In this document: positions 1 through 8,965 of the stretch, one piece after another | How positions within the stretch are numbered: the stretch's first letter is position 1 | How the letters are laid out: each line of letters opens with the position of its first letter | IMG/VR virus record: IMGVR_UViG_2541047878_000002 | Coordinates: 1-42,778 of that record | Strand: one strand, 5' to 3' | DNA from: a virus | Taxonomy: Duplodnaviria > Heunggongvirae > Uroviricota > Caudoviricetes | Length of the DNA stretch: 42,778 bases | Translations under genes and position numbers: made by a program | Notes under the pieces: model-generated | Seen by the model: only the letters and a program-made list of their open reading frames with translations | Database searches by the model: none | What the model was told of the DNA's origin: nothing

Positions 1-1284
1 CTACTTCTTCGCCTCTGCAACCACTTTGCTACCCACGCCGCGGTTATTGTATTCCCACATGCGGTTGTAGTTAGTGTCATTCAGATTGCGCTGTACTTCG
101 TCGTTATCATCAACGCTGCCGGTGTTACCCGCAAATGGACGATTAGAGATCACCGCATCAGCCCACGGTTTGGCTGTGTTAAAACCTTCGTTGATGGCGC
201 TATCACGGATCACTACCTGACCGTTGGTATTGGCATCAACATCCAGCGAGCGGCCCAGTTGCGCCACGCCATCACCGGAAGCATTGAAACGGCTGTTTAC
301 GGCGAGGAAACCGTAGTAAATGTTGGACAGCGTAGCCGGTGCAAACACATACGCTTCTTGCTGGGTACGGGAGTTCACCACGCGGAATTCGGTGTTATCG
401 AACACCACTGCGCCGCGACCAGAAACGATATCCACATCCCCTTCAATATAGCTGTTGGTCACCAGCGTACGCGGCTGACGATTCGTTTCCAGACGGTTCT
501 GCACACCGCTGTTGGTGACAAAGAAGGTGTTCTGACGACCGAGAATGTTGACGTTATTGATCTGCACTTTGTCGCCATCAGTACGCAGTGCCACCGCCGG
601 ATGGTTACCCGCATCTACGCTATCGCCCAGCGTGTTTTCGATGGTCAGGTTTTGCAGTTGCAGGCCATTGTTTTGTGACCAGAAGACCGCAGAGCAGAGA
701 ACACCGATACTGTCGCTGCGTTTACTCTGGCAGCTATCGTACATATACCACGCCGGTTTACCTGGCATATATTTGCCGCGCGGGTTGACGTCGTGACGCC
801 AGTCGGCAGGGCTCATGCCACCATCAAGGGAAAGCCCAATCTTCACATCAATCGGTTTTTCACCCGTACCGTACAGAGTAATTCCACCCGGAGCGGCAGG
901 GACATACACCGTTCCCTGATACTCACCAGGCATCACGGCAATATACTGGCGCTTGTTGGTACGCTTGATAATTGCCGCATCTACCGCCGCCTGAATCGTG
1001 GTATGCGTTACACCTTGAGTACCCGCCGGGCCGACAACAAAGTCAGGTTGCGCAGGCAGGGTAATCGGGGAAGGATTCCACGCTGCCGCACCTGGTGTCA
1101 GGGATGCAAAATAGTGTTGAGCATCGAAATTCTGCGCTTCTTTTGCCGACAGAATCGGGCGCGAAGAGGTACCAGGCGCGGTTTGATCAGAAGGACGTTG
1201 ATCGGGCGGTGTTGAGCTACAGGCGGTCAGCGTCACGCCAAAAGCCAATGCCAGCGCCAGACGGGAAACTGAAAATGTGTTCAC
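1..1284 (-). CDS. ybhC: YbhC-like pectinesterase-family outer-membrane lipoprotein (host gene flanking attB)
   Basis: 427-aa ORF with GTG start at 1282-1284; N-terminal lipoprotein signal (…GVTLTACSS); matches recalled E. coli YbhC; lies immediately left of the lambda att core. Confidence 0.85.
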   Translation of the reverse strand: MNTFSVSRLALALAFGVTLTACSSTPPDQRPSDQTAPGTSSRPILSAKEAQNFDAQHYFASLTPGAAAWNPSPITLPAQPDFVVGPAGTQGVTHTTIQAAVDAAIIKRTNKRQYIAVMPGEYQGTVYVPAAPGGITLYGTGEKPIDVKIGLSLDGGMSPADWRHDVNPRGKYMPGKPAWYMYDSCQSKRSDSIGVLCSAVFWSQNNGLQLQNLTIENTLGDSVDAGNHPAVALRTDGDKVQINNVNILGRQNTFFVTNSGVQNRLETNRQPRTLVTNSYIEGDVDIVSGRGAVVFDNTEFRVVNSRTQQEAYVFAPATLSNIYYGFLAVNSRFNASGDGVAQLGRSLDVDANTNGQVVIRDSAINEGFNTAKPWADAVISNRPFAGNTGSVDDNDEVQRNLNDTNYNRMWEYNNRGVGSKVVAEAKK

Positions 1285-1330
1285 AGGTTGCTCCGGGCTA
1301 TGAAATAGAAAAATGAATCCGTTGAAGCCT

Positions 1331-1345
1331 GCTTTTTTATACTAA
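1331..1345. repeat. attL core (lambda O core) followed by lambda-like P' arm
   Basis: gcctgc|GCTTTTTTATACTAA|gttggcattataaaaaagcattgcttatcaatttgttgcaacgaacaggtcactatcagtc… reads as B-O-P' of phage lambda as recalled. Confidence 0.9.
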
Positions 1346-1418
1346 GTTGGCATTATAAAAAAGCATTGCTTATCAATTTGTTGCAACGAACAGGTCACTA
1401 TCAGTCAAAATAAAATCA

Positions 1419-2489
1419 TTATTTGATTTCAATTTTGTCCCACTCCCTGCCTCTGTCATCACGATACTGTGATGCCATGGTGTCCGACTTATGCCCGAGA
1501 AGATGTTGAGCAAACTTATCGCTTATCTGCTTCTCATAGAGTCTTGCAGACAAACTGCGCAACTCGTGAAAGGTAGGCGGATCCCCTTCGAAGGAAAGAC
1601 CTGATGCTTTTCGTGCGCGCATAAAATACCTTGATACTGTGCCGGATGAAAGCGGTTCACGACGAGTAGATGCAATTATGGTTTCTCCGCCAAGAATCTC
1701 TTTGCATTTATCAAGTGTTTCCTTCATTGATATCCCAAGAGCATCAACATGCAATGTTGTTGGGATGGCAATTTTTACGCCGGTTTTGCTTTGCTCGACA
1801 TAAAGATAGCCATCTACGATATCAGACCACTTCATTTCGCATAAATCCCCAACACGCTGCCCGGTAACAACAGCCAGTTCCATTGCAAGTCTAAGCCAAC
1901 ATGGTGATGATTCTGCTGCTTGATAAATTTTCAGGTATTCGTCAGCCGTAAGTCTTGATCTCCTTACCTCTGATTTTGCTGCGCGAGTGGCAGTGACCGG
2001 GTTTGTTGTTATATGGCCTTCAGCTATTGCCTCTCGGAATGCATCGCTCAGTGTTGATCTGATTAACTTGGCTGACGCCGCCTTGCCCTCGTCTATGTAT
2101 CCATTGAGCATTGCTGCAATTTCTTTTGTGGTGATGTCTTCAAGTGGAGCATCAGGCAGCCCCCTCCTTATTGCTTTAATTTTGCTCATGTAATTTATGA
2201 GTGTCTTCTGCTTGATTCCTCTGTTGGCGAGGATTTTTTCGTAGCGATCAAGCCATGAATGTAACGTAACAGAATTATCACTGTTGATTCTCGCTGTCAG
2301 AGGCTTGTGTTTGTGTCCTGAAAATAACTCAATGTTGGCCTGTATAGCTTCAGTGATTGCTATCCTCCTGTCTCGGCCTAATCCAAACTCTTTACCCGTC
2401 CTTGGGTCCCTGTAGCAGTAATATCCATTGTTTCTTATATAAAGATTAGGGGGTAAATCCCGGCGCTCATGACTTCGCCTTCTTCCCAT
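1419..2489 (-). CDS. int: Tyrosine integrase, lambda Int type
   Basis: 356 aa, N-terminus MGRRRSHERRDLPPNLYIRNNGYYCYRDPRTGKEFGLG matches recalled lambda Int; adjacent to attL and reading toward it. Confidence 0.95.
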   Translation of the reverse strand: MGRRRSHERRDLPPNLYIRNNGYYCYRDPRTGKEFGLGRDRRIAITEAIQANIELFSGHKHKPLTARINSDNSVTLHSWLDRYEKILANRGIKQKTLINYMSKIKAIRRGLPDAPLEDITTKEIAAMLNGYIDEGKAASAKLIRSTLSDAFREAIAEGHITTNPVTATRAAKSEVRRSRLTADEYLKIYQAAESSPCWLRLAMELAVVTGQRVGDLCEMKWSDIVDGYLYVEQSKTGVKIAIPTTLHVDALGISMKETLDKCKEILGGETIIASTRREPLSSGTVSRYFMRARKASGLSFEGDPPTFHELRSLSARLYEKQISDKFAQHLLGHKSDTMASQYRDDRGREWDKIEIK

Positions 2490-2685
2490 TTTTGATCCTC
2501 TTCAAAAGGCTACCTGTTACTGGTCGATTTAAGTCAACCTTTACCGCTGATTCGTGGAACAGATACTCTCTTCCATCCTTAACCGGAGGAGGGAATATCC
2601 TGCACTCGCGTACCCATCGACGAACTGTTTCAAGGCTTCTTGGGCGTCGCTGGCGTGCGTTCCACTCCTGAAGTGTCAAGTACAT
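2467..2685 (-). CDS. xis: Excisionase, lambda Xis type
   Basis: 72 aa MYLTLQEWNARQRRPRSLETVRRWVRECRIFPPPVKDGREYLFHESAVKVDLNRP…; overlaps int start by 23 nt as in lambda. Confidence 0.9.
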   Translation of the reverse strand: MYLTLQEWNARQRRPRSLETVRRWVRECRIFPPPVKDGREYLFHESAVKVDLNRPVTGSLLKRIKNGKKAKS

Positions 2686-2775
2686 CGCAAAGTCTCCGCA
2701 ATTACACGCAAGAAAAAACCGCCATCAGGCGGCTTGGTGTTCTTTCAGTTCTTCAATTCGAATATTGGTTACGTC

Positions 2776-3087
2776 TTATTCGATGCGCACTCCTGGTATT
2801 TCGCCTTTTGATATTGCGAAGTCATAAATTTGCGCAGCACTATACCCATCTCGCATCCATGAATCTAATGCGCGAATAGCCTCGCTACGCTTTTTATCTT
2901 CTCTCTCATTTTTGATATCAACGAGGACATCAACGCAATTAAGGCAAATGTGGATTTTGTCCTTACATTCGATCATGGCGGCTTTACCATGATTTCCGCC
3001 ACACAGTGAGCATAAATCTTCAGGGTCTGGCTGGTATTTCTGTAACGTTAGATGGTTGAATGTTGAACAGGCCATAATCATCTCCAT
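2776..3087 (-). CDS. Hypothetical Cys-rich early-left protein (CxxC…CxxC, possible zinc ribbon)
   Basis: 103-aa ORF co-oriented with the pL operon; motifs CSLCGG…CLNC. Confidence 0.45.
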   Translation of the reverse strand: MEMIMACSTFNHLTLQKYQPDPEDLCSLCGGNHGKAAMIECKDKIHICLNCVDVLVDIKNEREDKKRSEAIRALDSWMRDGYSAAQIYDFAISKGEIPGVRIE

Positions 3088-3146
3088 AAAACAAAACTCG
3101 CCGTAGCGAGTTCAGATAAAAGAAATCCCCGCGAGTTCGAGGATTG

Positions 3147-3470
3147 TTATTCATTGCCGATATTCACCTTTATCGCGAACACCTTTACCGGTTTATCGCC
3201 GAAGTGCGGATGTGTGATTGTCTTGATTTCATATCCGTCATACGGAACATCAATTCTACGGCTGGAATCGTCGCGCTTCGGATATCCCTTTGTGATAATC
3301 AGGCGATCATACTCCCGGAACATAATTCGCTTATTCCAGTAGTCATTACACAGGCGATACTCTTCCGTTTTCTCTCTGCGAATCATGGCATCGAAGTATT
3401 CACCTTTAACGGCAAGTTGTAGGTTAGCCAAGGTTAACCTCCTGCGGCGGTTCTGCTGCAAAATACGCAA
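3147..3470 (-). CDS. Hypothetical protein, possibly DUF3850/ASCH-like
   Basis: 107 aa; pattern LQLAVKGEYFDAMIRREKTEEYRLCNDYW resembles the recalled ASCH/DUF3850 signature (YF.A...G.KT.E.R.ND); family assignment from memory only. Confidence 0.45.
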   Translation of the reverse strand: MRILQQNRRRRLTLANLQLAVKGEYFDAMIRREKTEEYRLCNDYWNKRIMFREYDRLIITKGYPKRDDSSRRIDVPYDGYEIKTITHPHFGDKPVKVFAIKVNIGNE

Positions 3471-4185
3471 TACCTTTATCCCAGATGGATTTTATGGTCG
3501 TCCATGTGACTGGTACTTTAATTTCAATCCGCCCGCTACCGTCACAGGTATCGCAATCATCATCGCCAAAGCATTCCGGGCAGCTGATAAACGTAGTTTC
3601 TGAAAATTCACCGGATAGCGCACCCTTAGCGCCGTTCTCGGCTGTTAGTCTCTTCGGCACCATGACCCAACCATCCGGAGTTACCGGAGAGTTGCCATTT
3701 ACATCGAAGTTTGGCTCTGCGTCCTGAACCAGGAGGATGTAACCATTCTTGGCAGTATCAAGTTCTAACGCCTCGGTGACGGTGCCGAAATAGCGATTAC
3801 CTAAATCAGCATCACAAGTGCTTACATCAATGGAAACTTCCATGCCTTCGATTAATTCTGGCAAGTTGTAAGTTTGGCTTACAGGTTGGCTACCCTGAAG
3901 CATGGAGGCGCGGTGACACCAGATAATCCAGCCAAGCGCCATATCCCATGCCATGTATTCTCTATCGCCATTTTTTGCCCTACGGCGATCTACAGATTCC
4001 CCGAAACGCTTCTCCATAAATAATTCATAGGCTGCTCGTTCATCCGATACTGCTGCCAGTGATGCCAGTGCAATTCGTGCCAGTTCTTCCGCTTCTTCTG
4101 CTGGAAGTACAACGTTGCTACCCGGTCCGTATGTTTCGCGCCACTGCTTGATTGTCAGCAGTCGCTCTTTGGTAATAGTGGTCAT
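3424..4185 (-). CDS. Hypothetical early-left protein with C-terminal Cys cluster
   Basis: 253-aa ORF, C-terminal CPECFGDDDCDTCDGSG motif; no family recognised. Confidence 0.5.
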   Translation of the reverse strand: MTTITKERLLTIKQWRETYGPGSNVVLPAEEAEELARIALASLAAVSDERAAYELFMEKRFGESVDRRRAKNGDREYMAWDMALGWIIWCHRASMLQGSQPVSQTYNLPELIEGMEVSIDVSTCDADLGNRYFGTVTEALELDTAKNGYILLVQDAEPNFDVNGNSPVTPDGWVMVPKRLTAENGAKGALSGEFSETTFISCPECFGDDDCDTCDGSGRIEIKVPVTWTTIKSIWDKGIAYFAAEPPQEVNLG

Positions 4186-4195
4186 TTGTTATGCC

Positions 4196-4435
4196 TCAAT
4201 ACACGAAATCTGTTTTAAATTCATGGTTACATTCTGGACAGCATGTTTCGTAACCTTTTATTTCTTCACATGCCTGTTTAGCTCCAGAAAACTCCCAGAA
4301 ATCTGGATCACAAAGCAGATCGAAATTGTGACCACATTTGGGACATTCGGTATCAAGTGACAGACTCCAGTAGGCAGTGGTGTTTTTATCCATCTCACTC
4401 TCCTTTGATGCGAATACCAGCGGCGCGGGAATCAT
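4196..4435 (-). CDS. Small zinc-ribbon-like hypothetical protein
   Basis: 79 aa with CPKCGH…CCPECNHEF (two CxxC pairs). Confidence 0.45.
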   Translation of the reverse strand: MIPAPLVFASKESEMDKNTTAYWSLSLDTECPKCGHNFDLLCDPDFWEFSGAKQACEEIKGYETCCPECNHEFKTDFVY

Positions 4436-5168
4436 TCCATCGCTTTACTTCTTCACGAATTACGTCAATGCATTCTTTCGAATCCATTAGGTAATCTTCA
4501 TCAAAAAGCCTTTCCTGTTCGTTTTCTATCGCAACAATGATTGCTTCAACTAACTTTTGTGCCTGAGAACCACTTTCTAACTCTGCAATGCGCTTCTCTG
4601 CGGCTTCCAGCTTCTCGCGCATATCGTCAACGTACTCGACCAGAGATCCGCCAGCAGGAATTTCGCACTCCTCGACCAGTTGGAAGTAGATATCAGCTGC
4701 GGCCCGTGTGTTGCTATGCCTAGCGTCGCCCATCTCACCTTCACGAAGAGCATCGCGTTCGGCGGTAAGATTGGCTATTTTGCTGTCTTTGCCTTCCAGC
4801 TCAACACGCAGCTTCCCTACCGTTAGCGCAATATCCTCGTTCTCCTGGTCACGGCTTTTGATGTATTGCTGGTTTCTTTCCCGTTCATCCAGTAGTGCCA
4901 GCACGGTAGCCGGATTGGCTGCGGCGATGAATTCAGCATTGGCCTGCTGTTCTATTTGGAAATCTTCATCGAAACCGCTTTCTGGATGCGCTCCTTCAAT
5001 TCTGCAAATGGGAATATATCCAGCAGCCTCGCGGTGAATTAGTGCATCATCACCATCAAATCGGCTCTCCCCATATTCGAGCGACCACTCACCACACGTT
5101 GCTTTTTCTGCCTTGGCACGCAGCGCCTGATAGTCAATCTTGCTCACTGGCTGCCTCCTTTGCGCCAC
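4395..5168 (-). CDS. Ead/Ea22-like acidic coiled-coil protein
   Basis: 257-aa acidic ORF with coiled-coil segment, in the early-left region; an internal GTG at 5147 with an AGGAGG SD is a more likely start than the ORF-track start. Confidence 0.5.
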   Translation of the reverse strand: MAQRRQPVSKIDYQALRAKAEKATCGEWSLEYGESRFDGDDALIHREAAGYIPICRIEGAHPESGFDEDFQIEQQANAEFIAAANPATVLALLDERERNQQYIKSRDQENEDIALTVGKLRVELEGKDSKIANLTAERDALREGEMGDARHSNTRAAADIYFQLVEECEIPAGGSLVEYVDDMREKLEAAEKRIAELESGSQAQKLVEAIIVAIENEQERLFDEDYLMDSKECIDVIREEVKRWNDSRAAGIRIKGE

Positions 5169-5307
5169 ATCGCATTCAGATATTTGTTTTGATTCACTGA
5201 TGGAAAAGAATTTCTCTTAAGCAATTCCTCTCTCGATGGCATTGGTTTTACGCGTTGGCGAATAATCATTTCTGCCGGAAGAATGCCGGGATTGTATGCA
5301 AGTCCTC

Positions 5308-5589
5308 TCATGATTTACTCTCCACGAACTGGTCAACGGCCATGCTAAGTGACACACCTAAAGTCTCGATATGCTGCTGAATATCCTGTAGCGTCTGCGC
5401 CTGGGATAACAGGATTTCACGGTTGCATAATTCTTTAACCAGATGCTCAAACTTGCTGTAATAACCGATACGGCTTAGTGTTTCTTTCCCTGCATTCTCG
5501 CCTTCTTTGATAATTCCTCTTTCATTAAGAATCAGGTCGTGTTTTGTTCCAGTAATAACGTATTTTCCTAGGTCGATGTTTAGCTTCAT
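5308..5589 (-). CDS. Hypothetical protein
   Basis: 93-aa ORF co-oriented in the pL operon. Confidence 0.45.
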   Translation of the reverse strand: MKLNIDLGKYVITGTKHDLILNERGIIKEGENAGKETLSRIGYYSKFEHLVKELCNREILLSQAQTLQDIQQHIETLGVSLSMAVDQFVESKS

Positions 5590-5605
5590 TGTTAATTACT
5601 CCATG

Positions 5606-5926
5606 TTAATTTATTCGTATGCCTGCTCTTTCTTCATCGAGTTTTTTTAGCTTGTATCGCATAGCTCTTACTGAATAAATTGAGCGGCAGGTTGCAATTG
5701 CTATTTCTTCTGCGGAGAACTTACCGAAAAGTGATACTTCGGCTCTTGTCCAGCGTCTTCCACGAAGTCGGCTAACAATGTCAGCGCCAATCCTTGTTGC
5801 TTTCGCCATAACTGCTTTTTCAGTCCTTTCCAGTTTTTCAGCGATAACTTCAACTGGCATTGTCGCCGCTACTTCGCGCAAGAAATCGACTTCCCATTTC
5901 TCCCATGGAGTCTTTTTCATAGGCAA
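5606..5926 (-). CDS. Hypothetical protein
   Basis: 106-aa ORF co-oriented in the pL operon. Confidence 0.45.
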   Translation of the reverse strand: MPMKKTPWEKWEVDFLREVAATMPVEVIAEKLERTEKAVMAKATRIGADIVSRLRGRRWTRAEVSLFGKFSAEEIAIATCRSIYSVRAMRYKLKKLDEERAGIRIN

Positions 5927-5931
5927 TACCG

Positions 5932-6420
5932 TTATTTGATAAGAAGTGAAGGTTTCCCAACTTTGAGTTGAGCGCCGGGGATATTTATTCCTGCTTTTAG
6001 TTGGTGTTTGATTGCCAGTTTGTCGGCTTTAATTGTCGTTTCAAACTCAACGTATTCAGGAGGAAGGGCGCTTGAGTCGATTATTTCTACAGTTTCTGAC
6101 GGTTTGCGGATTGTTACCTGGTGAATACCTGCTCGAATCTTTTTCTTGCCAACCATTTCAAGCGATGACGCTATATACGCCATAATGCTGTCAATCTTAT
6201 TTTGAATTACTGCTGCTCGTTCATTCAGTGACTTTGCCTCGTCCTTGAGGCGTTCAGCATAACCAGATTCATTTTTAATAATGGCAAGAAGTTGCTCTAT
6301 TTTATCGGTAAATTCTCCTTCCATTCCTTCTATTGTGTCAGCAATCATCTCTGGCTCTAAATCTGAATCCATCAGCTTTGCGTATTCATTGGCTATTTCA
6401 TACAGTTTGCTCACTGGCAA
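5932..6420 (-). CDS. Gp157-family protein (recombination-module accessory protein usually next to RecT/Sak)
   Basis: 162 aa, immediately downstream of RecT with overlapping ends; family call from memory. Confidence 0.55.
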   Translation of the reverse strand: MPVSKLYEIANEYAKLMDSDLEPEMIADTIEGMEGEFTDKIEQLLAIIKNESGYAERLKDEAKSLNERAAVIQNKIDSIMAYIASSLEMVGKKKIRAGIHQVTIRKPSETVEIIDSSALPPEYVEFETTIKADKLAIKHQLKAGINIPGAQLKVGKPSLLIK

Positions 6421-7309
6421 CCTCCAGTTTCGCTTTGCATTCTATGTAAATGGCTTGTACGTTCTGCTGCAATTTCATTCCAGATGTCAGGCGATATGCT
6501 TCTGCAAAATATCGCTTCAAATCATCCATGTTTTCAGCCTGAGCCATTTCATCACAAAGAAGTTGTGCTTTATCCGTTATTTCCTGCTGGCGTTTCCGTT
6601 CATCTTCGCGGATATCTTCCTCTGATTTGTGCGGCATAACTGGTTCAGTCCAAACACCTTCTTCTTCGTTTAGTACGTGAATAGCACTATCAAGACGTGA
6701 TGCCTTAGGCCAATACTTGCTTGCACGCTTTACGACCGTCTTTCGCGCCATCTCATTCCAGTGATTTACCCATGGTCCTTTATCGCTGAATGCCGCCTTG
6801 CTTGTTTTCCTTACAGCCTCAATTTCAGCCAGACTCATCTCTTCCGTTAGATAATCACCTGCTGGCGTCTTAACTGTGCAGTAAACGCCAACGATATCAC
6901 CACGATCACCGAAGGCGTTGTATTTATGGGTTGGTGCTTTATCAAGCCCGTTTGACTCATAGGTATCGTTAGCATGAACAAGTTTTGCCTGACCCCATGA
7001 GATAACACCAGACTCCATTGCAATATGGAGCAATCCCATATAACTGATATCAAGGCAAACCATGCCGTCGCGCGGAACCAGATAAGCCAGTTTGCTGGCC
7101 GGGTTTAAGGTGATGCCGATCGCCGCAACATTGATGATGGCGTTCTGTGCGCTGGTTGGATTTGCCAGTGCCGTTTTAGCCAGGTAATCATTTTTCTGGA
7201 AATACTGAATTGCAAACTGGCTTTCCTTAGCCCATGTCACCGTCTGTTCAGTCAATGCTCCGCAGAATAACTGCTCTTGCTGTTTAACGAATTCAACGAT
7301 ATTGCTCAT
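6398..7309 (-). CDS. recT: RecT-family single-strand annealing recombinase
   Basis: 303 aa with RecT-like core (…LNPASKLAYLVPRDGMVCLDISYMGLLHIAMESG…GDRGDIVGVYC…); occupies the lambda bet position in the pL operon. Confidence 0.85.
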   Translation of the reverse strand: MSNIVEFVKQQEQLFCGALTEQTVTWAKESQFAIQYFQKNDYLAKTALANPTSAQNAIINVAAIGITLNPASKLAYLVPRDGMVCLDISYMGLLHIAMESGVISWGQAKLVHANDTYESNGLDKAPTHKYNAFGDRGDIVGVYCTVKTPAGDYLTEEMSLAEIEAVRKTSKAAFSDKGPWVNHWNEMARKTVVKRASKYWPKASRLDSAIHVLNEEEGVWTEPVMPHKSEEDIREDERKRQQEITDKAQLLCDEMAQAENMDDLKRYFAEAYRLTSGMKLQQNVQAIYIECKAKLEVASEQTV

Positions 7310-7617
7310 GCTGCTTCTCCAAAAATGTGTCTGCGTTTGAATATTGCGAAGGCATATTCAGCCTTAACTCTTTCGGTTATTGCATCCCAGAACCATTCAG
7401 CGGCTTTTTCCTGATAGTTACAGTCATCATCTTCCAGCCAGTCGATAGCGTCCTTAGTGTGTTCATCTGGTTTATATGAGCGAAGCATTTCGCTTATTGG
7501 GTCGCAACGTTTGCAGAGGCGATCAACTTCACTGTTGATTCGTTCGTAATCTTCATCAGTAAAACTTGCGATTATTTGCGATATTTCACGCTTATCATTC
7601 AGAGTCAGAATCATCAT
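7306..7617 (-). CDS. Hypothetical acidic protein at the position of lambda gam / P22 abc
   Basis: 103-aa ORF directly upstream of recT in the pL operon; no family recognised. Confidence 0.45.
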   Translation of the reverse strand: MMILTLNDKREISQIIASFTDEDYERINSEVDRLCKRCDPISEMLRSYKPDEHTKDAIDWLEDDDCNYQEKAAEWFWDAITERVKAEYAFAIFKRRHIFGEAA

Positions 7618-7698
7618 CTTTCTCCAGTTTTTTGTGCTGATTTAGCATTTCTTTCATCTGACGAATGAATTCTTCGTCTGACCAGTTATCTGTAAAAC

Positions 7699-7851
7699 TC
7701 ATTTCCTGCGATACCACGGAAGGTTGATAGCTGATTTCATCGCTTTATTTGCTTCAAGCCACATTTTGGAATCACCAATAAATCTGGCTATTACTGCTTT
7801 GTTTTGTGCTGCACGAAGCATCTGGTGATTGATGGTTATTTCATTGCGCAT
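7699..7851 (-). CDS. kil: Kil-like small protein (candidate host cell-division inhibitor)
   Basis: 50-aa ORF MRNEITINHQMLRAAQNKAVIARFIGDSKMWLEANKAMKSAINLPWYRRK; position just after cIII and the FIGD-containing core resemble recalled lambda Kil; below the ORF-track threshold, translated by hand. Confidence 0.45.
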   Translation of the reverse strand: MRNEITINHQMLRAAQNKAVIARFIGDSKMWLEANKAMKSAINLPWYRRK

Positions 7852-7970
7852 AACGCCTCCAGTTGTTTCTTTGCTGCTCTGATTAATTGTTTAACTCGGC
7901 GTGATAATTCAGATTCGAGCGGGTAGAAAGCGGACATGACGCCGCTACCCGCGAGCTGAAAGTGCATCAT
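7836..7970 (-). CDS. cIII: CIII-like protein (FtsH inhibitor)
   Basis: 44 aa MMHFQLAGSGVMSAFYPLESELSRRVKQLIRAAKKQLEALCAMK, similar to recalled lambda CIII (…AIAGWPVAGCPSESLLERITRKL…); GGAGTTA SD upstream; in-frame internal start of ORF-track entry 7836..8075. Confidence 0.65.
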   Translation of the reverse strand: MMHFQLAGSGVMSAFYPLESELSRRVKQLIRAAKKQLEALCAMK

Positions 7971-8032
7971 GGGTAACTCCTTATATTTGATTGCATAACG
8001 AAAACGCCTCTCGTGAAGCGTTATTGGTATGC

Positions 8033-8060
8033 ATATAAAAAGGCCCTCACACTGGAGGGC
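8033..8060 (-). terminator. Intrinsic terminator in the pL operon (tL1-like)
   Basis: minus-strand RNA …GCCCUC-cagugu-GAGGGC-CUUUUUAUAU; 6-bp GC stem plus U-run, between the AT-rich ORF and cIII. Confidence 0.5.
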
Positions 8061-8164
8061 AAAGAAGATTTCCAATAATCAGAACAAGTCGGCTCCTGTT
8101 TAGTTACGAGCGACATTGCTCCGTGTATTCACTCGTTGGAATGAATACACAGTGCTTATTCGTA

Positions 8165-8635
8165 CTAATAAAATACCCAATTTTCTGTTTCTTGGTTGTG
8201 TCCAAAGTTATATTCAATATCTGGTGTTGATGTATCAATATTCTTCATCCCATCAACAAGAGTTGATACAACAGCCAAATCTTGTTTGATTCTCATCAAA
8301 TGGTATTTCTTTCGGCGCAATAAACTTTCAATGGCAAGTTTCTTCGTCGGGAATGCAAAAGATCTTTCTGCATTTTTTGCTACTTTCTTAATTGCATATC
8401 TATTTCTCCTTTGTTTCCATTCCTGTAACCACTGATTTGGTGCTGGTTTAAAATTAACAATCCAATGCGCAGGAACCAACCATGCATAATGCTCTGTCTG
8501 ATGAAAAGCTATATATTGAAGTGCGAATATTTTGATTCCATCTTCTTCAACTGTCGCTTGGAATCTCCAGAAAACAGGCATTCCATCATGTTCAGTTTCT
8601 GATTCAGGAAAAGGTACGCTCCATGATTTTGTCAT
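8165..8635 (-). CDS. Hypothetical AT-rich pL-operon accessory protein (156 aa)
   Basis: ORF with GAGGTGA SD; visibly lower GC than surrounding genes; sits between N and cIII where lambda carries ral/sieB/ea10. Confidence 0.55.
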   Translation of the reverse strand: MTKSWSVPFPESETEHDGMPVFWRFQATVEEDGIKIFALQYIAFHQTEHYAWLVPAHWIVNFKPAPNQWLQEWKQRRNRYAIKKVAKNAERSFAFPTKKLAIESLLRRKKYHLMRIKQDLAVVSTLVDGMKNIDTSTPDIEYNFGHNQETENWVFY

Positions 8636-8690
8636 ATCTCACCTCAAATAAGTGGTTTGCTGCGAAAAAGTAAAACAATGATATTCACTT

Positions 8691-8960
8691 CTATTTGTCA
8701 TCGTGTAAGTGACGCAGGTTATTAACTCGCGGCCAGTAATATTTTGGCTTGGCACGAGATCCGGGTCTTGGACCTACACAAACTATATAGCTCTCTTCTT
8801 TCCTCGGAAGGCCAGGTGCATCTAGCAGACGGCCTAGTTCGAATTTTTTTACGTTGACACCAGGAGGAATCACCTCGACGATAAACCCGATTTTTACCTT
8901 CGTTACACCGTTTGATGAGCTTGACCATTTAACTTCATCGTTCAATTTGAACTTCATCAT
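8691..8960 (-). CDS. Hypothetical pL-operon accessory protein (89 aa)
   Basis: MMKFKLNDEVKWSSSSNGVTKVKIGFIVEVIPPG…; start trimmed to the ATGATG at 8955-8960 so it does not overlap N; immediately downstream of N. Confidence 0.5.
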   Translation of the reverse strand: MMKFKLNDEVKWSSSSNGVTKVKIGFIVEVIPPGVNVKKFELGRLLDAPGLPRKEESYIVCVGPRPGSRAKPKYYWPRVNNLRHLHDDK

Positions 8961-8965
8961 TAACC

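Noticed and set aside
259-1316. Several plus-strand ORFs (139, 83, 66, 140, 73 aa) inside ybhC
   Set aside because: Antisense to a well-supported 427-aa host gene; no SD signals; typical shadow ORFs.
1670-2193. Plus-strand ORFs inside int
   Set aside because: Antisense to integrase; no independent support.
7595-7702. 35-aa ORF (MSFTDNWSDEEFIRQMKEMLNQHKKLEKDDDSDSE) ATGA-coupled to the kil-like stop
   Set aside because: Plausible by translational coupling, but very short and overlapping the start of the 103-aa ORF in another frame; not called without further evidence.
7836-8075. 79-aa ORF-track entry with hydrophobic N-terminal extension
   Set aside because: Only the C-terminal 44 aa resemble CIII and have an SD; the extension runs across the terminator hairpin region.
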